A stretch of 45,037 nucleotides of DNA from Proteobacteria bacterium UBA7420 (GCA_002469975.1 DKMG01000075.1:1-45037), one strand, 5' to 3'. Shown: positions 10,789-20,741, counted from the stretch's first letter. Notes: a model not told the origin generated them from the sequence alone. Numbers and translations: made by a program.

Positions 10789-11365
10789 ACTACCTATCTT
10801 CCCAATAGGTATAGTAGTCCTTCCAGGCACTATCCAATCTCTGCAGATTTTTGAACCAAGATACCTAGCCATGGTGAAAAAGTGTATGAATACAGACTCT
10901 GGCTTTGTCATCACCCTTAGCAATCACAATGACAAGGGAGAGAGTTTTTTGTCTCAAGGTACCTATGTTGAAATTATTGATTTTAATCAGCTGCCCAATG
11001 GGTTACTTGGCATTACAGTGCAGGGCTCTCAAAAAGTTTCTATCAAGTCTGTGGAGCAGGATGAATCAGGGCTCCATTATGGGACAATCCTTCCAATAAC
11101 CCCGCCTGCAGTTGATGACCAGGCAGTTCTTGCTCAATTCCCTGATCTTATTCGTGTGCTCACGCAACTCAAAGAGCATCCTTCAATCAAATCTCTGCCA
11201 TTAGACATAGATTTATTATCTGCCGAATCTGTTAGCAACCACTTGGCTGGTCTTATTCCACTGTCTGCTGAGCAGAAACAAAATGTACTGGAAGCTTTCG
11301 ATGCCACCCAGCGAATGAATATTCTAGAAAAGCTGGTTAATAAACTTTCGGAAAGCTCTACTTAA
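10766..11365 (+). CDS. LON N-terminal (substrate-binding) domain protein
   Basis: LPIFPIGIVVLPGTIQSLQIFEPRYLAMV is typical of stand-alone Lon N-domain proteins of about 200 aa. TTG start overlaps the mpl 3' end by 23 nt. Confidence 0.75.
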   Translation: MNSLKTNKLPIFPIGIVVLPGTIQSLQIFEPRYLAMVKKCMNTDSGFVITLSNHNDKGESFLSQGTYVEIIDFNQLPNGLLGITVQGSQKVSIKSVEQDESGLHYGTILPITPPAVDDQAVLAQFPDLIRVLTQLKEHPSIKSLPLDIDLLSAESVSNHLAGLIPLSAEQKQNVLEAFDATQRMNILEKLVNKLSESST

Positions 11366-12368
11366 TTCTTAAGAGTTGTTTTCCTTTGTTTTCGCCTGTA
11401 AAGAGTCTGTTGAGGGTTTGCGGACAGTTTTCAATTCCCTCTTGAATATCCTCTCTATGCTTAAGCTTACCTTCCATCACCCAAGTTGCAATATCCTCTA
11501 AGGCTTTCTGTGATCGAGGAAGATAATCAAGCACGAGAAATCCCTGCATGGTTGCCCTTTTTATAATAAGTGAGAAAAGATTTTTTGGACCATCTGGTAA
11601 AGCAGTTGCATCATAGCCAGAGGAAATTCCTCCACACAACAGAATCCTGGCATTAATATTAATGCAGAACAATACCGTCTCTAGAATATCTCCACCAACG
11701 TTATCAAAATATATATCAATTCCATTTGTTGCTATTTTTGCTAATTCTTCATGAACATTAGAGTTTTTATAGTCAATTACATCATCAGCTCCAACCTCTT
11801 TGAGCCAATCACATTTTTCTTTGCCGCCAGCTATTGCAATGACATGGCATCCTTTTAGTTTAGCAATCTGGACCACAACTGATCCGGTCGCACCAGCAGC
11901 ACCAGAGACTAATACAGTTTCTCCTGGTTGCGGATTTCCAAGCTCAAGCAGCCCATAATAAGCAGTAATACCTGTGGTACCCATAACATTTAACATTGTG
12001 GGGATTGGAAGAAGGGGGGGGATCACTCTAAACCTTTCATTCTCCTCTGCTTTTGTAATGCAATGACTCTGCCAACCCACAAATCCAAATACTAAGTCAC
12101 CAACATTGTATTCCGGATTCTTTGATTCAATCACGCAACCCATTCCCCCTGAACGAACCACCTCTCCAATTTGCACTGGAGGAAGATATCCCGGAACATC
12201 GTTAAGCCAGCCTCGCTGTGTTGGATCAAAAGAGAGGTACATATTTTCTAAAAGAATTTCACCCTCTTGAATTGCAGGAAGAGTTTCAGCAATCAATTCA
12301 AAATCTGAATCCTTGACGAGACCTCGAGGTCTTTCTTTTAATACCCATTTTTTATTTTTAATTTCCAT
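11358..12368 (-). CDS. NADP-dependent medium-chain oxidoreductase (YncB/CurA / alkenal reductase family)
   Basis: Rossmann motif VSGAAGATGSVVVQIAKLKG. 336 aa. C-terminal GENKGKQLL is typical of this family. Confidence 0.8.
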   Translation of the reverse strand: MEIKNKKWVLKERPRGLVKDSDFELIAETLPAIQEGEILLENMYLSFDPTQRGWLNDVPGYLPPVQIGEVVRSGGMGCVIESKNPEYNVGDLVFGFVGWQSHCITKAEENERFRVIPPLLPIPTMLNVMGTTGITAYYGLLELGNPQPGETVLVSGAAGATGSVVVQIAKLKGCHVIAIAGGKEKCDWLKEVGADDVIDYKNSNVHEELAKIATNGIDIYFDNVGGDILETVLFCININARILLCGGISSGYDATALPDGPKNLFSLIIKRATMQGFLVLDYLPRSQKALEDIATWVMEGKLKHREDIQEGIENCPQTLNRLFTGENKGKQLLRIK

Positions 12369-12441
12369 AATGATCTTTAACTCTCTGTTTGATTAAATAA
12401 TTTCTGTATTTACCAGTTACATTAAAATATATCTTACTTGA

Positions 12442-12879
12442 TTAGATATGAGAATTTCTTTTCAGTGGAGGTTTTTTTGCTTTTAATCTAATCCAGTTCA
12501 GAGCTTTGAACACAGCAGGGATGGTAACTATTTTTTGTTCCAATTGAAATTTTCCTGGGTAATTGATCAGAAATAGGCCGGTAATTATTGTTAACAGACC
12601 TTGGCCAGGAAGCACAATCATTAAAAAGCCGCCTAAAATAAGGCAAAAACCAAGAAGATTTTTGGCAATCAATAGCAAAAAACTCAGTAACGGAGCATTT
12701 TCTTTAAATTTACTAGACCTTCTGCTTGCACCAGTAAAGTAATCTTCTGGTATGAGGGCTACAAACCAGCTGACACCGACGAGACTCAGGATAAAGATAA
12801 AGATTGAAGTAATTCCCAATCCCATAAGCAAGGCAGGGTGTTCTGCAAGCCATAAAAAAGCAGTATTTATAAGATCCAT
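12442..12879 (-). CDS. Small membrane protein, PGPGW-like
   Basis: Three to four hydrophobic helices plus an LPGQGLLTIITGLFLI block resembling the PGPGW motif. The family call is tentative. Confidence 0.5.
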   Translation of the reverse strand: MDLINTAFLWLAEHPALLMGLGITSIFIFILSLVGVSWFVALIPEDYFTGASRRSSKFKENAPLLSFLLLIAKNLLGFCLILGGFLMIVLPGQGLLTIITGLFLINYPGKFQLEQKIVTIPAVFKALNWIRLKAKKPPLKRNSHI

Positions 12880-13027
12880 GTTTATATCTTAATGAAAAGA
12901 TTGGACTAAAGAGTATATAAAGTAGAATTTATTAATAGATTTATCAACGTAAGTTAGATATTCTGAAACCAAAGCTTGAACCTATATTTTAAAAACCCCC
13001 AACAGTCCCAGAAGGTAAATTATTTTT

Positions 13028-13366
13028 ATGAAAAATTCTGATTTAAAACTTATTTGTTTGGACGCTCTGGATGATATGAAGGCAAAAAATATCTTAGCTC
13101 TGGATATTCGTGGTGTCTCAGGTTTTGCTGATTGGTTCATCATTGCAACCGCTTCCTCTTCTAGAAATGCTAAAGCAGTTTCTAATAAGATTATTGAGGC
13201 AGTCAAAAGCAATCAGTTGAGTGTCATTGGGGTGGAAGGCCAAGAAGACTCAGAATGGGTTTTAATAGATTGTGGTGATGTTGTAGTAAATGTTATGCAG
13301 CAAGAAGCCCGAGAGTTTTATGATCTAGAAAGCTTGTGGGGTGAAACAACTCTAATCTCAGCCTAA
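13028..13366 (+). CDS. rsfS: Ribosome silencing factor RsfS (iojap)
   Basis: ALDDMKAKNILALDIRGVSGFADWFIIATASSSRNAKAV. 112 aa. Directly upstream of rlmH. Confidence 0.92.
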   Translation: MKNSDLKLICLDALDDMKAKNILALDIRGVSGFADWFIIATASSSRNAKAVSNKIIEAVKSNQLSVIGVEGQEDSEWVLIDCGDVVVNVMQQEAREFYDLESLWGETTLISA

Positions 13367-13830
13367 TGAAATGTAAGATTATCAGCATCTCTCATAAGCC
13401 TGCTGATTGGGAAAAAAAAGCATTAGATTTCTACTTAAAACAAATTCCAAGTAACCTCAAACTATCTTTTGCAGAGGTTAGACCCCCAGCCTCAAAAACA
13501 GCTTCAAGAGATATTACTCTGCAGCACGAGTCCGCTGAAATTATTAAACACATAGGTTCTGATGCCTATGTAATTTTATGGGATAGGGAAGGAGATCCGA
13601 TTTCTAGTAACTCCTTAGCTAAACTTTTTCAAGAAAAAATAGATCTAGCTTGCAACATTACTATGATTATTGGTGGGTCTTATGGCTCAGCCCCAGATTT
13701 AGTCAAGCAAGCAGACCTAGTCTTATCAGCATCTGAGCTTACCTTTCCGCATAGGCTGTTTAAAATTTTGTTGATGGAGCAAATCTATAGAGCCAGTGCA
13801 ATCAATCGCAACCACCCTTATCATAAGTAA
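13366..13830 (+). CDS. rlmH: 23S rRNA (pseudouridine1915-N3)-methyltransferase
   Basis: SPOUT fold pattern, IIGGSYG block and C-terminal HPYHK. 154 aa. TAATG overlaps on both sides. Confidence 0.92.
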   Translation: MKCKIISISHKPADWEKKALDFYLKQIPSNLKLSFAEVRPPASKTASRDITLQHESAEIIKHIGSDAYVILWDREGDPISSNSLAKLFQEKIDLACNITMIIGGSYGSAPDLVKQADLVLSASELTFPHRLFKILLMEQIYRASAINRNHPYHK

Positions 13831-15668
13831 TGATTTTTGAAGAGCGACAAGCTGAAAAGAATGATTTTTCATCTAGGGCTATTTTTATTTTTAGCCTTAT
13901 CGGTATAGCTTTTTTTATCATCCTCTTTCAAGTCTTTTCATTGCAGGTATCCCGCTACTCAAGCTATGAGCTTGCAGCTCTAAATAATAAAAACTATACA
14001 GTGCCTATTCAGCCTCTTAGAGGAGAAATTTTTGATAGAAATGGTCAAGCGCTTGTAAGAAATATTAAAACTTTTGATCTTATTACTGAGCCCAATGCTA
14101 TCGAGAGCACAGAAAGCTTCCTAAGACTTATCAAACCTGTGATTAATCTTACAGAAGCAGAGGAGCAGCAGTTCCTTGCGCAATTCAAAGAAATGGCCTT
14201 TGTTAATAAAGAATTAGTGCTGAAGAAGAATTTATCTAGACAAGAGATTGCCCAGTTTAGAGTTAGAGGATTTAATTTTAAGAATGCATTCGTTGCCGAG
14301 AGATACAGAAGAATGAGCGAATATCCTGAAATTTTCTCTCATGTATTGGGCTATGTCTCTAGTTCTGAGAGTGAATATGATTTGTTGCCTGGAGTACCCC
14401 GGAGTCATTGGAGAGATGCTGAATTAAAATATGCTAATGGCTTAATCAAAGGAATGACTGGTCTCGAAGCAACATACAATACAGAGCTCTCTGGTAGTTA
14501 TGGCTCAAGAGTTTACGAGATTAATTCTCGGCGCCAACTAGGTGAAACCTTGGAGCATCAACCTGCAACTGAAGGCCGAGACATCTACACTCATCTAGAT
14601 ATTTCTGCTCAGAAAAGTGCAGCCAAAGCACTGGGTTCAAGAAAAGGTGGGGTTGTAGCAGTTGATTTAGAGTCAGGCGGCATTAATGTGTTGTTTAGTT
14701 CCCCAAGCTACTCCATTAATAAACTCTCCAATGGCATGAGTATTGCAGACTTTCAAGCTCTCATTGCAAACCCCAATAAGCCATTTTTTAATAGAGCCAC
14801 TCAAGGGCGATACCCTCCAGCATCAACCATTAAGCCTGCAATAGCGATGTTTGGATTGAGCAATAAGCTCATCGGATGGGAGGAAGAGATTGATGACCCT
14901 GGATATTTCACACTTCCTGAAAACGGTCGAATTTATCGTGGATGGAAGAAAGGAGGACATAAAAATGTAAATTTAAAAAAGGCATTGCTGGTTAGCTCCA
15001 ACACTTATTTTTTTAAATTAGCCTATCAATCAAACATGCAAGATTTAGCTTCATATCTTTCATCTTTTGGTTTTGGTTCCAAGGTATGCGTCGATTGTTT
15101 TGATGAGGATAGTGTTTTCCTTCCCACTCCTGATTGGAAATATAATAATTTGAATACCCCTTGGTTTACTGGTGATACCGTAAACATTGGCGTGGGCCAA
15201 GGGTATTTAGTTGCCACTCCAATCCAGCTAGCCAATTACAGCGCAATTCTTGCTAACAAAGGGACCTTACCCAAACTCTCAATCGCCAAATCACCTGAAT
15301 TCAATCTTGCGATAAAAAATCAATCTACTACTTTATTAGGCAGCAAGAATTGGAGCAAGATGCATGATGCTCTAACAGGTGTAATAGAGGATGATCTTGG
15401 AACTGCCAGGAGCATTAAAGATCTGAAGAATTTTAAGGTTGCAGGCAAATCAGGAACAGCGGAGTTGGTCAGTCTTGACAGCAAGGAAGCTTATCAAGAT
15501 GTAAGAGACACAGAGCTATTAAGAGATCACTCTATTATTATCGCTTTTGGACCTATGCCTAATCCTAAATATGCAGTATCGGTAGTCATTGAAAATGGTG
15601 AAAGTGGCGGAGCTGTTGCAGGACCAGTGGCTATTGAAGTTTTGAAGAGTTTGTTAAATGAACAATAA
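13830..15668 (+). CDS. mrdA: Penicillin-binding protein 2 (elongasome transpeptidase)
   Basis: N-terminal TM segment. Motifs STIKP (SxxK), SSN and KSGTA. Position upstream of rodA. Confidence 0.92.
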   Translation: MIFEERQAEKNDFSSRAIFIFSLIGIAFFIILFQVFSLQVSRYSSYELAALNNKNYTVPIQPLRGEIFDRNGQALVRNIKTFDLITEPNAIESTESFLRLIKPVINLTEAEEQQFLAQFKEMAFVNKELVLKKNLSRQEIAQFRVRGFNFKNAFVAERYRRMSEYPEIFSHVLGYVSSSESEYDLLPGVPRSHWRDAELKYANGLIKGMTGLEATYNTELSGSYGSRVYEINSRRQLGETLEHQPATEGRDIYTHLDISAQKSAAKALGSRKGGVVAVDLESGGINVLFSSPSYSINKLSNGMSIADFQALIANPNKPFFNRATQGRYPPASTIKPAIAMFGLSNKLIGWEEEIDDPGYFTLPENGRIYRGWKKGGHKNVNLKKALLVSSNTYFFKLAYQSNMQDLASYLSSFGFGSKVCVDCFDEDSVFLPTPDWKYNNLNTPWFTGDTVNIGVGQGYLVATPIQLANYSAILANKGTLPKLSIAKSPEFNLAIKNQSTTLLGSKNWSKMHDALTGVIEDDLGTARSIKDLKNFKVAGKSGTAELVSLDSKEAYQDVRDTELLRDHSIIIAFGPMPNPKYAVSVVIENGESGGAVAGPVAIEVLKSLLNEQ

Positions 15669-16746
15669 GCTTTCAAAAATATATTTTGATCCTTATTTGT
15701 TTTTTAGTATTTGCTTGCTTGCAATCTTCGGCTTATTTTTTCTTTATTCGGCATCAAACGCAGATTTATCAATTGTAATAAAGCAAGCTGCTTATATTTT
15801 CTTAGGCTTAGTGATCATGATGGTAGTAAGTCAACCAGACCCTGACATCTTTCGGAGAACATCTTTTGCTTTTCTTTGTTTCGCTGTTCTACTTCTTGGT
15901 GTTACTGCTTTAATTGGCCCAGAAATCAATGGTGCTCAGCGTTGGGTGAGAATTGGGCCTATATCATTTCAATCCTCTGAAATTCTTAAATTAGCTTTGC
16001 CTATTTATCTAGCCAATTTTCTATGTGACAAAAAATTACCCATTCAAACCAGGGAGATAGGCATCACTGTTCTTATTATTCTGACAGCATTTTTTTTAGT
16101 AGCGCGACAACCAGACCTCGGCACTGGCTTGATTGTTGCGCTGTCAGGGATGTTTGTATTATTCTTATCTGGCTTGAGCTGGTCTTTTATTGGAGGCTCT
16201 TTTGTCCTTGTTATTATTAGCTCTCCGCTCATATGGAATATTTTGTTGAAACCATTCCAACAACAGAGGATTGCAACACTATTCAATCCTGAGTCCGATC
16301 CATTTGGTGCTGGCTGGAATATTATTCAGTCTAAAATTGCCATTGGCTCAGGTGGTATTTTCGGGAAGGGCTTTGGTCAGGGCTCTCAGACTCAATTGAA
16401 TTTCTTGCCTGAGACAAAAACAGATTTTATTTTTTCTGTGATTGGAGAGGAGTTTGGCTTTGTCGGTGTATTTTTATTATTAGGGCTATATTTTTTTATT
16501 TTAATGAGATGTCTTTATCTGGCTTTAAGCGCAAGAGATCGATTTTGCAGATTGGTCATTGGCGGCCTCACCCTAACTTTTGCTGCCAACCTAGTCATTA
16601 ATCTTTGCATGGTAGTGGGCCTGCTCCCAGTAGTCGGCATGCCTCTGCCTTTTATCAGTAAAGGGGGATCTTCCTTGATATCATTATTTTTTGCTTTTGG
16701 CATAATTACATCAATGGCAACACATAAAAAATTCTTACCTCAATGA
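15658..16746 (+). CDS. rodA: Peptidoglycan glycosyltransferase RodA (SEDS family)
   Basis: Polytopic membrane protein with motifs QPDLGT, LPE..TDFIFS and PLPFISKGGSS. Overlaps mrdA by 11 nt. Confidence 0.92.
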   Translation: MNNKLSKIYFDPYLFFSICLLAIFGLFFLYSASNADLSIVIKQAAYIFLGLVIMMVVSQPDPDIFRRTSFAFLCFAVLLLGVTALIGPEINGAQRWVRIGPISFQSSEILKLALPIYLANFLCDKKLPIQTREIGITVLIILTAFFLVARQPDLGTGLIVALSGMFVLFLSGLSWSFIGGSFVLVIISSPLIWNILLKPFQQQRIATLFNPESDPFGAGWNIIQSKIAIGSGGIFGKGFGQGSQTQLNFLPETKTDFIFSVIGEEFGFVGVFLLLGLYFFILMRCLYLALSARDRFCRLVIGGLTLTFAANLVINLCMVVGLLPVVGMPLPFISKGGSSLISLFFAFGIITSMATHKKFLPQ

Positions 16747-17774
16747 AATCATTATTATTATTGGGCTGCATTGCTTTCTCGAGCCTTAGCTTTGCAGACT
16801 ATTCAAAGCATCCTGCTGCCGAGAGTATTATTAGTGAATTGATCACAGAGCATGGCTTTGATGAAAAGTATGTAATTAAAGTTTTGGAGTCTGCAAAAAA
16901 GCAAGACAAAATTCTTAAATCTATGTCATCTCCTGCAGAATTTACTTGGACCTGGGAGCGATACAAAAAACTTTTTTTAGAAGAAAAAAGAATCGCTAAT
17001 GGTAGAGAGTTTATGGCTGCTAATAAAGAGTTATTTAAAAAAGTAGAAGATGAATTTGGGGTTCCAAAAGAAATTATTACTGCTATTTTAGGCGTAGAAA
17101 CTAGGTACGGAAAAATAAAGGGTAATTACAGAGTCCTTGATAGCCTTGCAACATTAGGTTTTGATTTTCCAAGGCGTGCAAAATTTTTTAAGAGTGAGTT
17201 AATACAATTTTTTTTACTTACCCAAGAAAATAATCTAGATATCTTTGATGTAAAGGGCTCATATGCTGGGGCCATGGGTTATGGTCAATTCATCTCATCA
17301 AGCTATAGAGCGTATGCAGTAGATTATGATGGAGATGGCTATGCTGATTTATTTCACTCAGTTCCTGATGCAATAGCCAGCGTGGCAAATTATCTAAAAG
17401 TGCATGGCTGGCAAAGAGATGGAAAGATTATTACAGACACTAAAATAAATAATGTTAGCAAGCCATCTACTACCAATTTTAAATCAAAGAAATTTATGAC
17501 CTTGATGTTTACCGAAAATACAAACAAGCAATACATAGTTGAAAAAGGTAACTCCCTAACGGAGATAGCCCAGCAAAATAGCATGAGCCTTGAGGCTCTA
17601 ATGTCCTTAAACAATCTCATTGATCCAAATCAAATTTATGTTGGCCAAGTTCTCATGCTTGAAAATGAAAAAGATATTTTTTATATTGGAGATGATAATT
17701 TTATTGCTATTACTAAGTACAATCGCAGTCATTTCTATGCCAAAGCCGTGTATGATTTATCCTTAGAATTTTGA
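16743..17774 (+). CDS. mltB: Lytic murein transglycosylase B family with an embedded LysM domain
   Basis: Motifs ILGVETRYG (catalytic Glu), GAMGYGQF and C-terminal TKYNRSHFYAKAVYDL as in Slt35. Residues 264-306 (nt 17532-17660) fit the LysM consensus. Confidence 0.85.
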   Translation: MKSLLLLGCIAFSSLSFADYSKHPAAESIISELITEHGFDEKYVIKVLESAKKQDKILKSMSSPAEFTWTWERYKKLFLEEKRIANGREFMAANKELFKKVEDEFGVPKEIITAILGVETRYGKIKGNYRVLDSLATLGFDFPRRAKFFKSELIQFFLLTQENNLDIFDVKGSYAGAMGYGQFISSSYRAYAVDYDGDGYADLFHSVPDAIASVANYLKVHGWQRDGKIITDTKINNVSKPSTTNFKSKKFMTLMFTENTNKQYIVEKGNSLTEIAQQNSMSLEALMSLNNLIDPNQIYVGQVLMLENEKDIFYIGDDNFIAITKYNRSHFYAKAVYDLSLEF

Positions 17775-17784
17775 GCCCAATATT

Positions 17785-18933
17785 ATGAAAAAATTAACCT
17801 ACATCCTATTCCTTGTTCCCCTTTGTGTTGATTTGGCGTCTCAATCTATGGTTCCCAACGCACCTAAATTAGATTTGAGTAGTTATATTCTCCTTGAGGC
17901 AAGCACTAATACAGTGTTAGCAGAATTTAATTCTGATGATCAGATTGCTCCTGCAAGTATGACTAAAGTCATGAGTGGGTTCGTGATTGCAGACCAGATT
18001 GCTAGCGGAGCTATCAGCCTGGATGATAAAGTCTTGATCAGCGAGAAGGCATGGAAAACTGGCGGCTCAAAAATGTTTATTGAGGCAGGAAAAAGAGTAA
18101 GTGTTAAAGATTTGCTGTCAGGCATTATTGTGCAATCAGGAAATGATGCAACCATTGCTATGGCTGAGTATGTGGCTGGATCTGAGGAGGGTTTCGTAGA
18201 TTTTATGAATGCTTATGCTGCAGAAATGGGCTTAAGTAATTCTTTGTTTCAAAATGCAACAGGTTTCACTGACCCGAATCATTTCACCTCTGCTAAAGAC
18301 CTAGCTTATCTAACCAAAGCACTCATTAATAAATTCCCTGAGCACTATGCAACATACAAAGAGAAGGAATTCACTTTTGGAGGAATACGTCAATTAAATC
18401 GAAATAAGTTACTTTGGAGGGATGACACCGTTGATGGTGTAAAGACTGGTCATACAGACTCGGCTGGATATTGCCTGATTTCTTCTGCCCAAAGAAATGA
18501 TATGCGTCTTATTGCAGTTGTTGCAGGTAGCCCCTCAGAAAATGAAAGGTTAACAGCATCGCAAAGACTCTTAGAGTATGGGTTCCGTTTCTTTGCAACT
18601 CAGAAATTAGTCACGCAAAACACGAAGGTCACTTCTGCAAAGGTTTGGGGCGGTCAAAACAGCGAAGTTTCATTAGGCTCTCAGACAGATCTCCATCTAA
18701 CTCTTCCAAGATCAGAATTTAAGAATATTAAAGCTAACTACAAATTTAAGAATAATATCCAAGCACCCATTGCGGCTGGCCAAAAAATTGGCACCATTGA
18801 GTTTACTTCGAATGATCGAGTGGTGCTTTCAGCTCCATTGGTCGCAATTGAAAGTGTTGAGGCAAAAGGGTTCTTTGGCAGACTAATCGCAAGATTAATT
18901 TACTGGATTACAAGCCTCTTTTCTTTTGACTGA
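17785..18933 (+). CDS. dacA: D-alanyl-D-alanine carboxypeptidase (PBP5/6 family)
   Basis: Signal peptide. Motifs SMTK (SxxK), SGND (SxN) and KTGHT. C-terminal amphipathic anchor. Confidence 0.9.
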   Translation: MKKLTYILFLVPLCVDLASQSMVPNAPKLDLSSYILLEASTNTVLAEFNSDDQIAPASMTKVMSGFVIADQIASGAISLDDKVLISEKAWKTGGSKMFIEAGKRVSVKDLLSGIIVQSGNDATIAMAEYVAGSEEGFVDFMNAYAAEMGLSNSLFQNATGFTDPNHFTSAKDLAYLTKALINKFPEHYATYKEKEFTFGGIRQLNRNKLLWRDDTVDGVKTGHTDSAGYCLISSAQRNDMRLIAVVAGSPSENERLTASQRLLEYGFRFFATQKLVTQNTKVTSAKVWGGQNSEVSLGSQTDLHLTLPRSEFKNIKANYKFKNNIQAPIAAGQKIGTIEFTSNDRVVLSAPLVAIESVEAKGFFGRLIARLIYWITSLFSFD

Positions 18934-18934
18934 A

Positions 18935-19783
18935 ATGATTGATATCCCAGCCATCTACCAGGGTCAGATGAGTTCCTTAAAAGATATTAGGGTCTCGCCC
19001 CTATCACGTGCTTATACCTTTTCTGATAGTGTGTATGAGGTCATACCATATTTTGCTGGTCACCCTTTATGCTTTAGCAGGCACATAGAAAGGCTGGCAA
19101 GCAGTCTTCAGCTCTCACACATTAGCGTTGATATGGATGTGATTACTTCAGAATTAAAACAACTGGGTGATGAGCTGGGCAATCAAGATGGATATATTTA
19201 TTTTCAAGTCTCAAGAGGGGTGGATGAGATAAGAGCTCATCTTTATGCGGATGATCTTGAAGCTGAGCGTTTTGGATATGCCTTTCAAACTTCTGTTTCT
19301 GTCGAGCCTATTTCAGGCATGCTGTGTGAAGATAATCGCTGGGCTCATTGCAATATTAAATCTACTTCTCTTCTAGGCAATGTACTATCTATGAATCAAG
19401 CAAGGCAGCAGGGATGCAATGAGGTGATAATGCATCGAGCAGGCAATATGACTGAAGCAGGTGCAAGTAATGTGTTTTACTTAAATCATCAAGGTATTGT
19501 CAGGACTTCTGCATTAACTGAAAATATCTTGCCTGGGATTACCAGGGCAATACTTTTAGAGGCCTTGACCAAGAGTAATATTGAGGTGGAAGAGGGCGAA
19601 TGTGATATTCAAGATTTTAATGATGCACCAGCTATATGGCTTACAAGCTCAACCAAAGGAATGCTGCCACTCACCAGCCTGATAGGCACAACTTATTTTT
19701 TTGAGAAGAATAATCTAGACTATCTCAGAATTAAAAATATTTTCAATGATGCGGTTGAGCTGCATCTCTTAGCTGCAAAATAA
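18935..19783 (+). CDS. dat: Class IV aminotransferase, D-amino-acid (D-alanine) transaminase-like
   Basis: Block-by-block resemblance to recalled Bacillus Dat: YTFSDSVYEV, HIERL, GYIYFQVSRG...RAH, EDNRWAHCNIKSTSLLGNVL, GCNEVIMHR, EAGASNVF, ILPGITR. ATG lies 1 nt after the dacA stop. Confidence 0.7.
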   Translation: MIDIPAIYQGQMSSLKDIRVSPLSRAYTFSDSVYEVIPYFAGHPLCFSRHIERLASSLQLSHISVDMDVITSELKQLGDELGNQDGYIYFQVSRGVDEIRAHLYADDLEAERFGYAFQTSVSVEPISGMLCEDNRWAHCNIKSTSLLGNVLSMNQARQQGCNEVIMHRAGNMTEAGASNVFYLNHQGIVRTSALTENILPGITRAILLEALTKSNIEVEEGECDIQDFNDAPAIWLTSSTKGMLPLTSLIGTTYFFEKNNLDYLRIKNIFNDAVELHLLAAK

Positions 19784-20741
19784 TTCTTTCAATCTGTTCC
19801 CAAATATCAACATTCACCATGCCTTTGTTTGCAAGGTCTAGCCTAAGCATCTCCTCGCTCAATCTTTCAAAATCTTCAGATGCAGCATGCTGGATAAGGT
19901 TTAAGTATTGAGAAATTTTAGAAGACCAGACACCACTTTTGATTAGTGCAGCTTTGGGGCTAGCAGACTGAAGTGATTCTAGGCATGAGTTAATAACTTT
20001 AGCAATGACCCAAATGAGGGGCGCCGAATTTTGTCTATCATGCTCCCTTAAGAAGCCAATAGTTCTTAAGGCTTTTTTAAAATCCTGATCAATAATCACA
20101 TCCTCTAGCTCGAAGGCACTTAAGCCAGAGTGAAAAATAATATTTGCTCTATCGCTTTCTTCAATGCTCTCTTCGTTTGTAAAAAGCAATTTTAATAAGC
20201 GCACCTCATTCATCTGCCCAAGCAGATTTCCTTCATTATTTTGAAAGATTGAGCCACCAAACTTAGGAAGTAAATTTTTGGGCAAGAATTCTAATTGCCT
20301 TTTCAGCCAAATTTTTTCTTCGACAGTTTTGAGTTTTTTGCAATCTACAATAAGCCCCCTGTCATCTATATTTTTGATCCATTGCCCGCTTGCCGGTATT
20401 TTTTCAGAGCTAGATTCTATGATTAACCCAATATGCTCTGATTCATAGAGATAATGATTTTCTAGCATTGCTTTAATTTTGTCTGGAAATTTTCCTGCGC
20501 TATGTCGGAGGTGAAGAATTAATTTTTCTTGGAACAATGAGCCGCTAATATTCCTCATAATTATTTCTTCTGCTTGGTCTAACTGATCTTGGTTTAATAG
20601 AATTTTTTCATTAAACCCATCGGCTTTAAGAGATTCAAGGATGGTATCCGCTATATTTTGTTTAAGAATAAGCTCATTTCCGTGAAGCAAAAAGTGTCGA
20701 TATTTTTTTACACCAGAATAATTTAGATAATTAACTCTCAA
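19743..20741 (-). CDS. holA: DNA polymerase III delta subunit
   Basis: Position directly after lptE. Length 332 aa. N-terminal FLLHGNELIL matches the LLxGxEpxL pattern. TTG start overlaps the lptE end by 11 nt. Confidence 0.8.
   Translation of the reverse strand: MRVNYLNYSGVKKYRHFLLHGNELILKQNIADTILESLKADGFNEKILLNQDQLDQAEEIIMRNISGSLFQEKLILHLRHSAGKFPDKIKAMLENHYLYESEHIGLIIESSSEKIPASGQWIKNIDDRGLIVDCKKLKTVEEKIWLKRQLEFLPKNLLPKFGGSIFQNNEGNLLGQMNEVRLLKLLFTNEESIEESDRANIIFHSGLSAFELEDVIIDQDFKKALRTIGFLREHDRQNSAPLIWVIAKVINSCLESLQSASPKAALIKSGVWSSKISQYLNLIQHAASEDFERLSEEMLRLDLANKGMVNVDIWEQIERIILQLRDAAQPHH

Noticed and set aside
12014-12021. A G8 homopolymer (C8 on the coding strand, codons ATC CCC CCC CTT) inside the oxidoreductase gene, and a G7 run in parC (4975-4981), as possible phase-variation tracts.
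   Set aside because: Both encode ordinary Pro-Pro / Arg-Gly-Gly stretches in housekeeping-type genes and are in frame. There is no contingency-locus context, so they are noted only as a sequencing-error or slippage risk.
12880-13027. The 148-nt and 182-nt spacers (12880-13027 and 2189-2370) as possible sRNA or riboswitch loci.
   Set aside because: They are AT-rich with no evident stable stem-loops or conserved riboswitch motifs. Ordinary divergent promoter regions explain them better.
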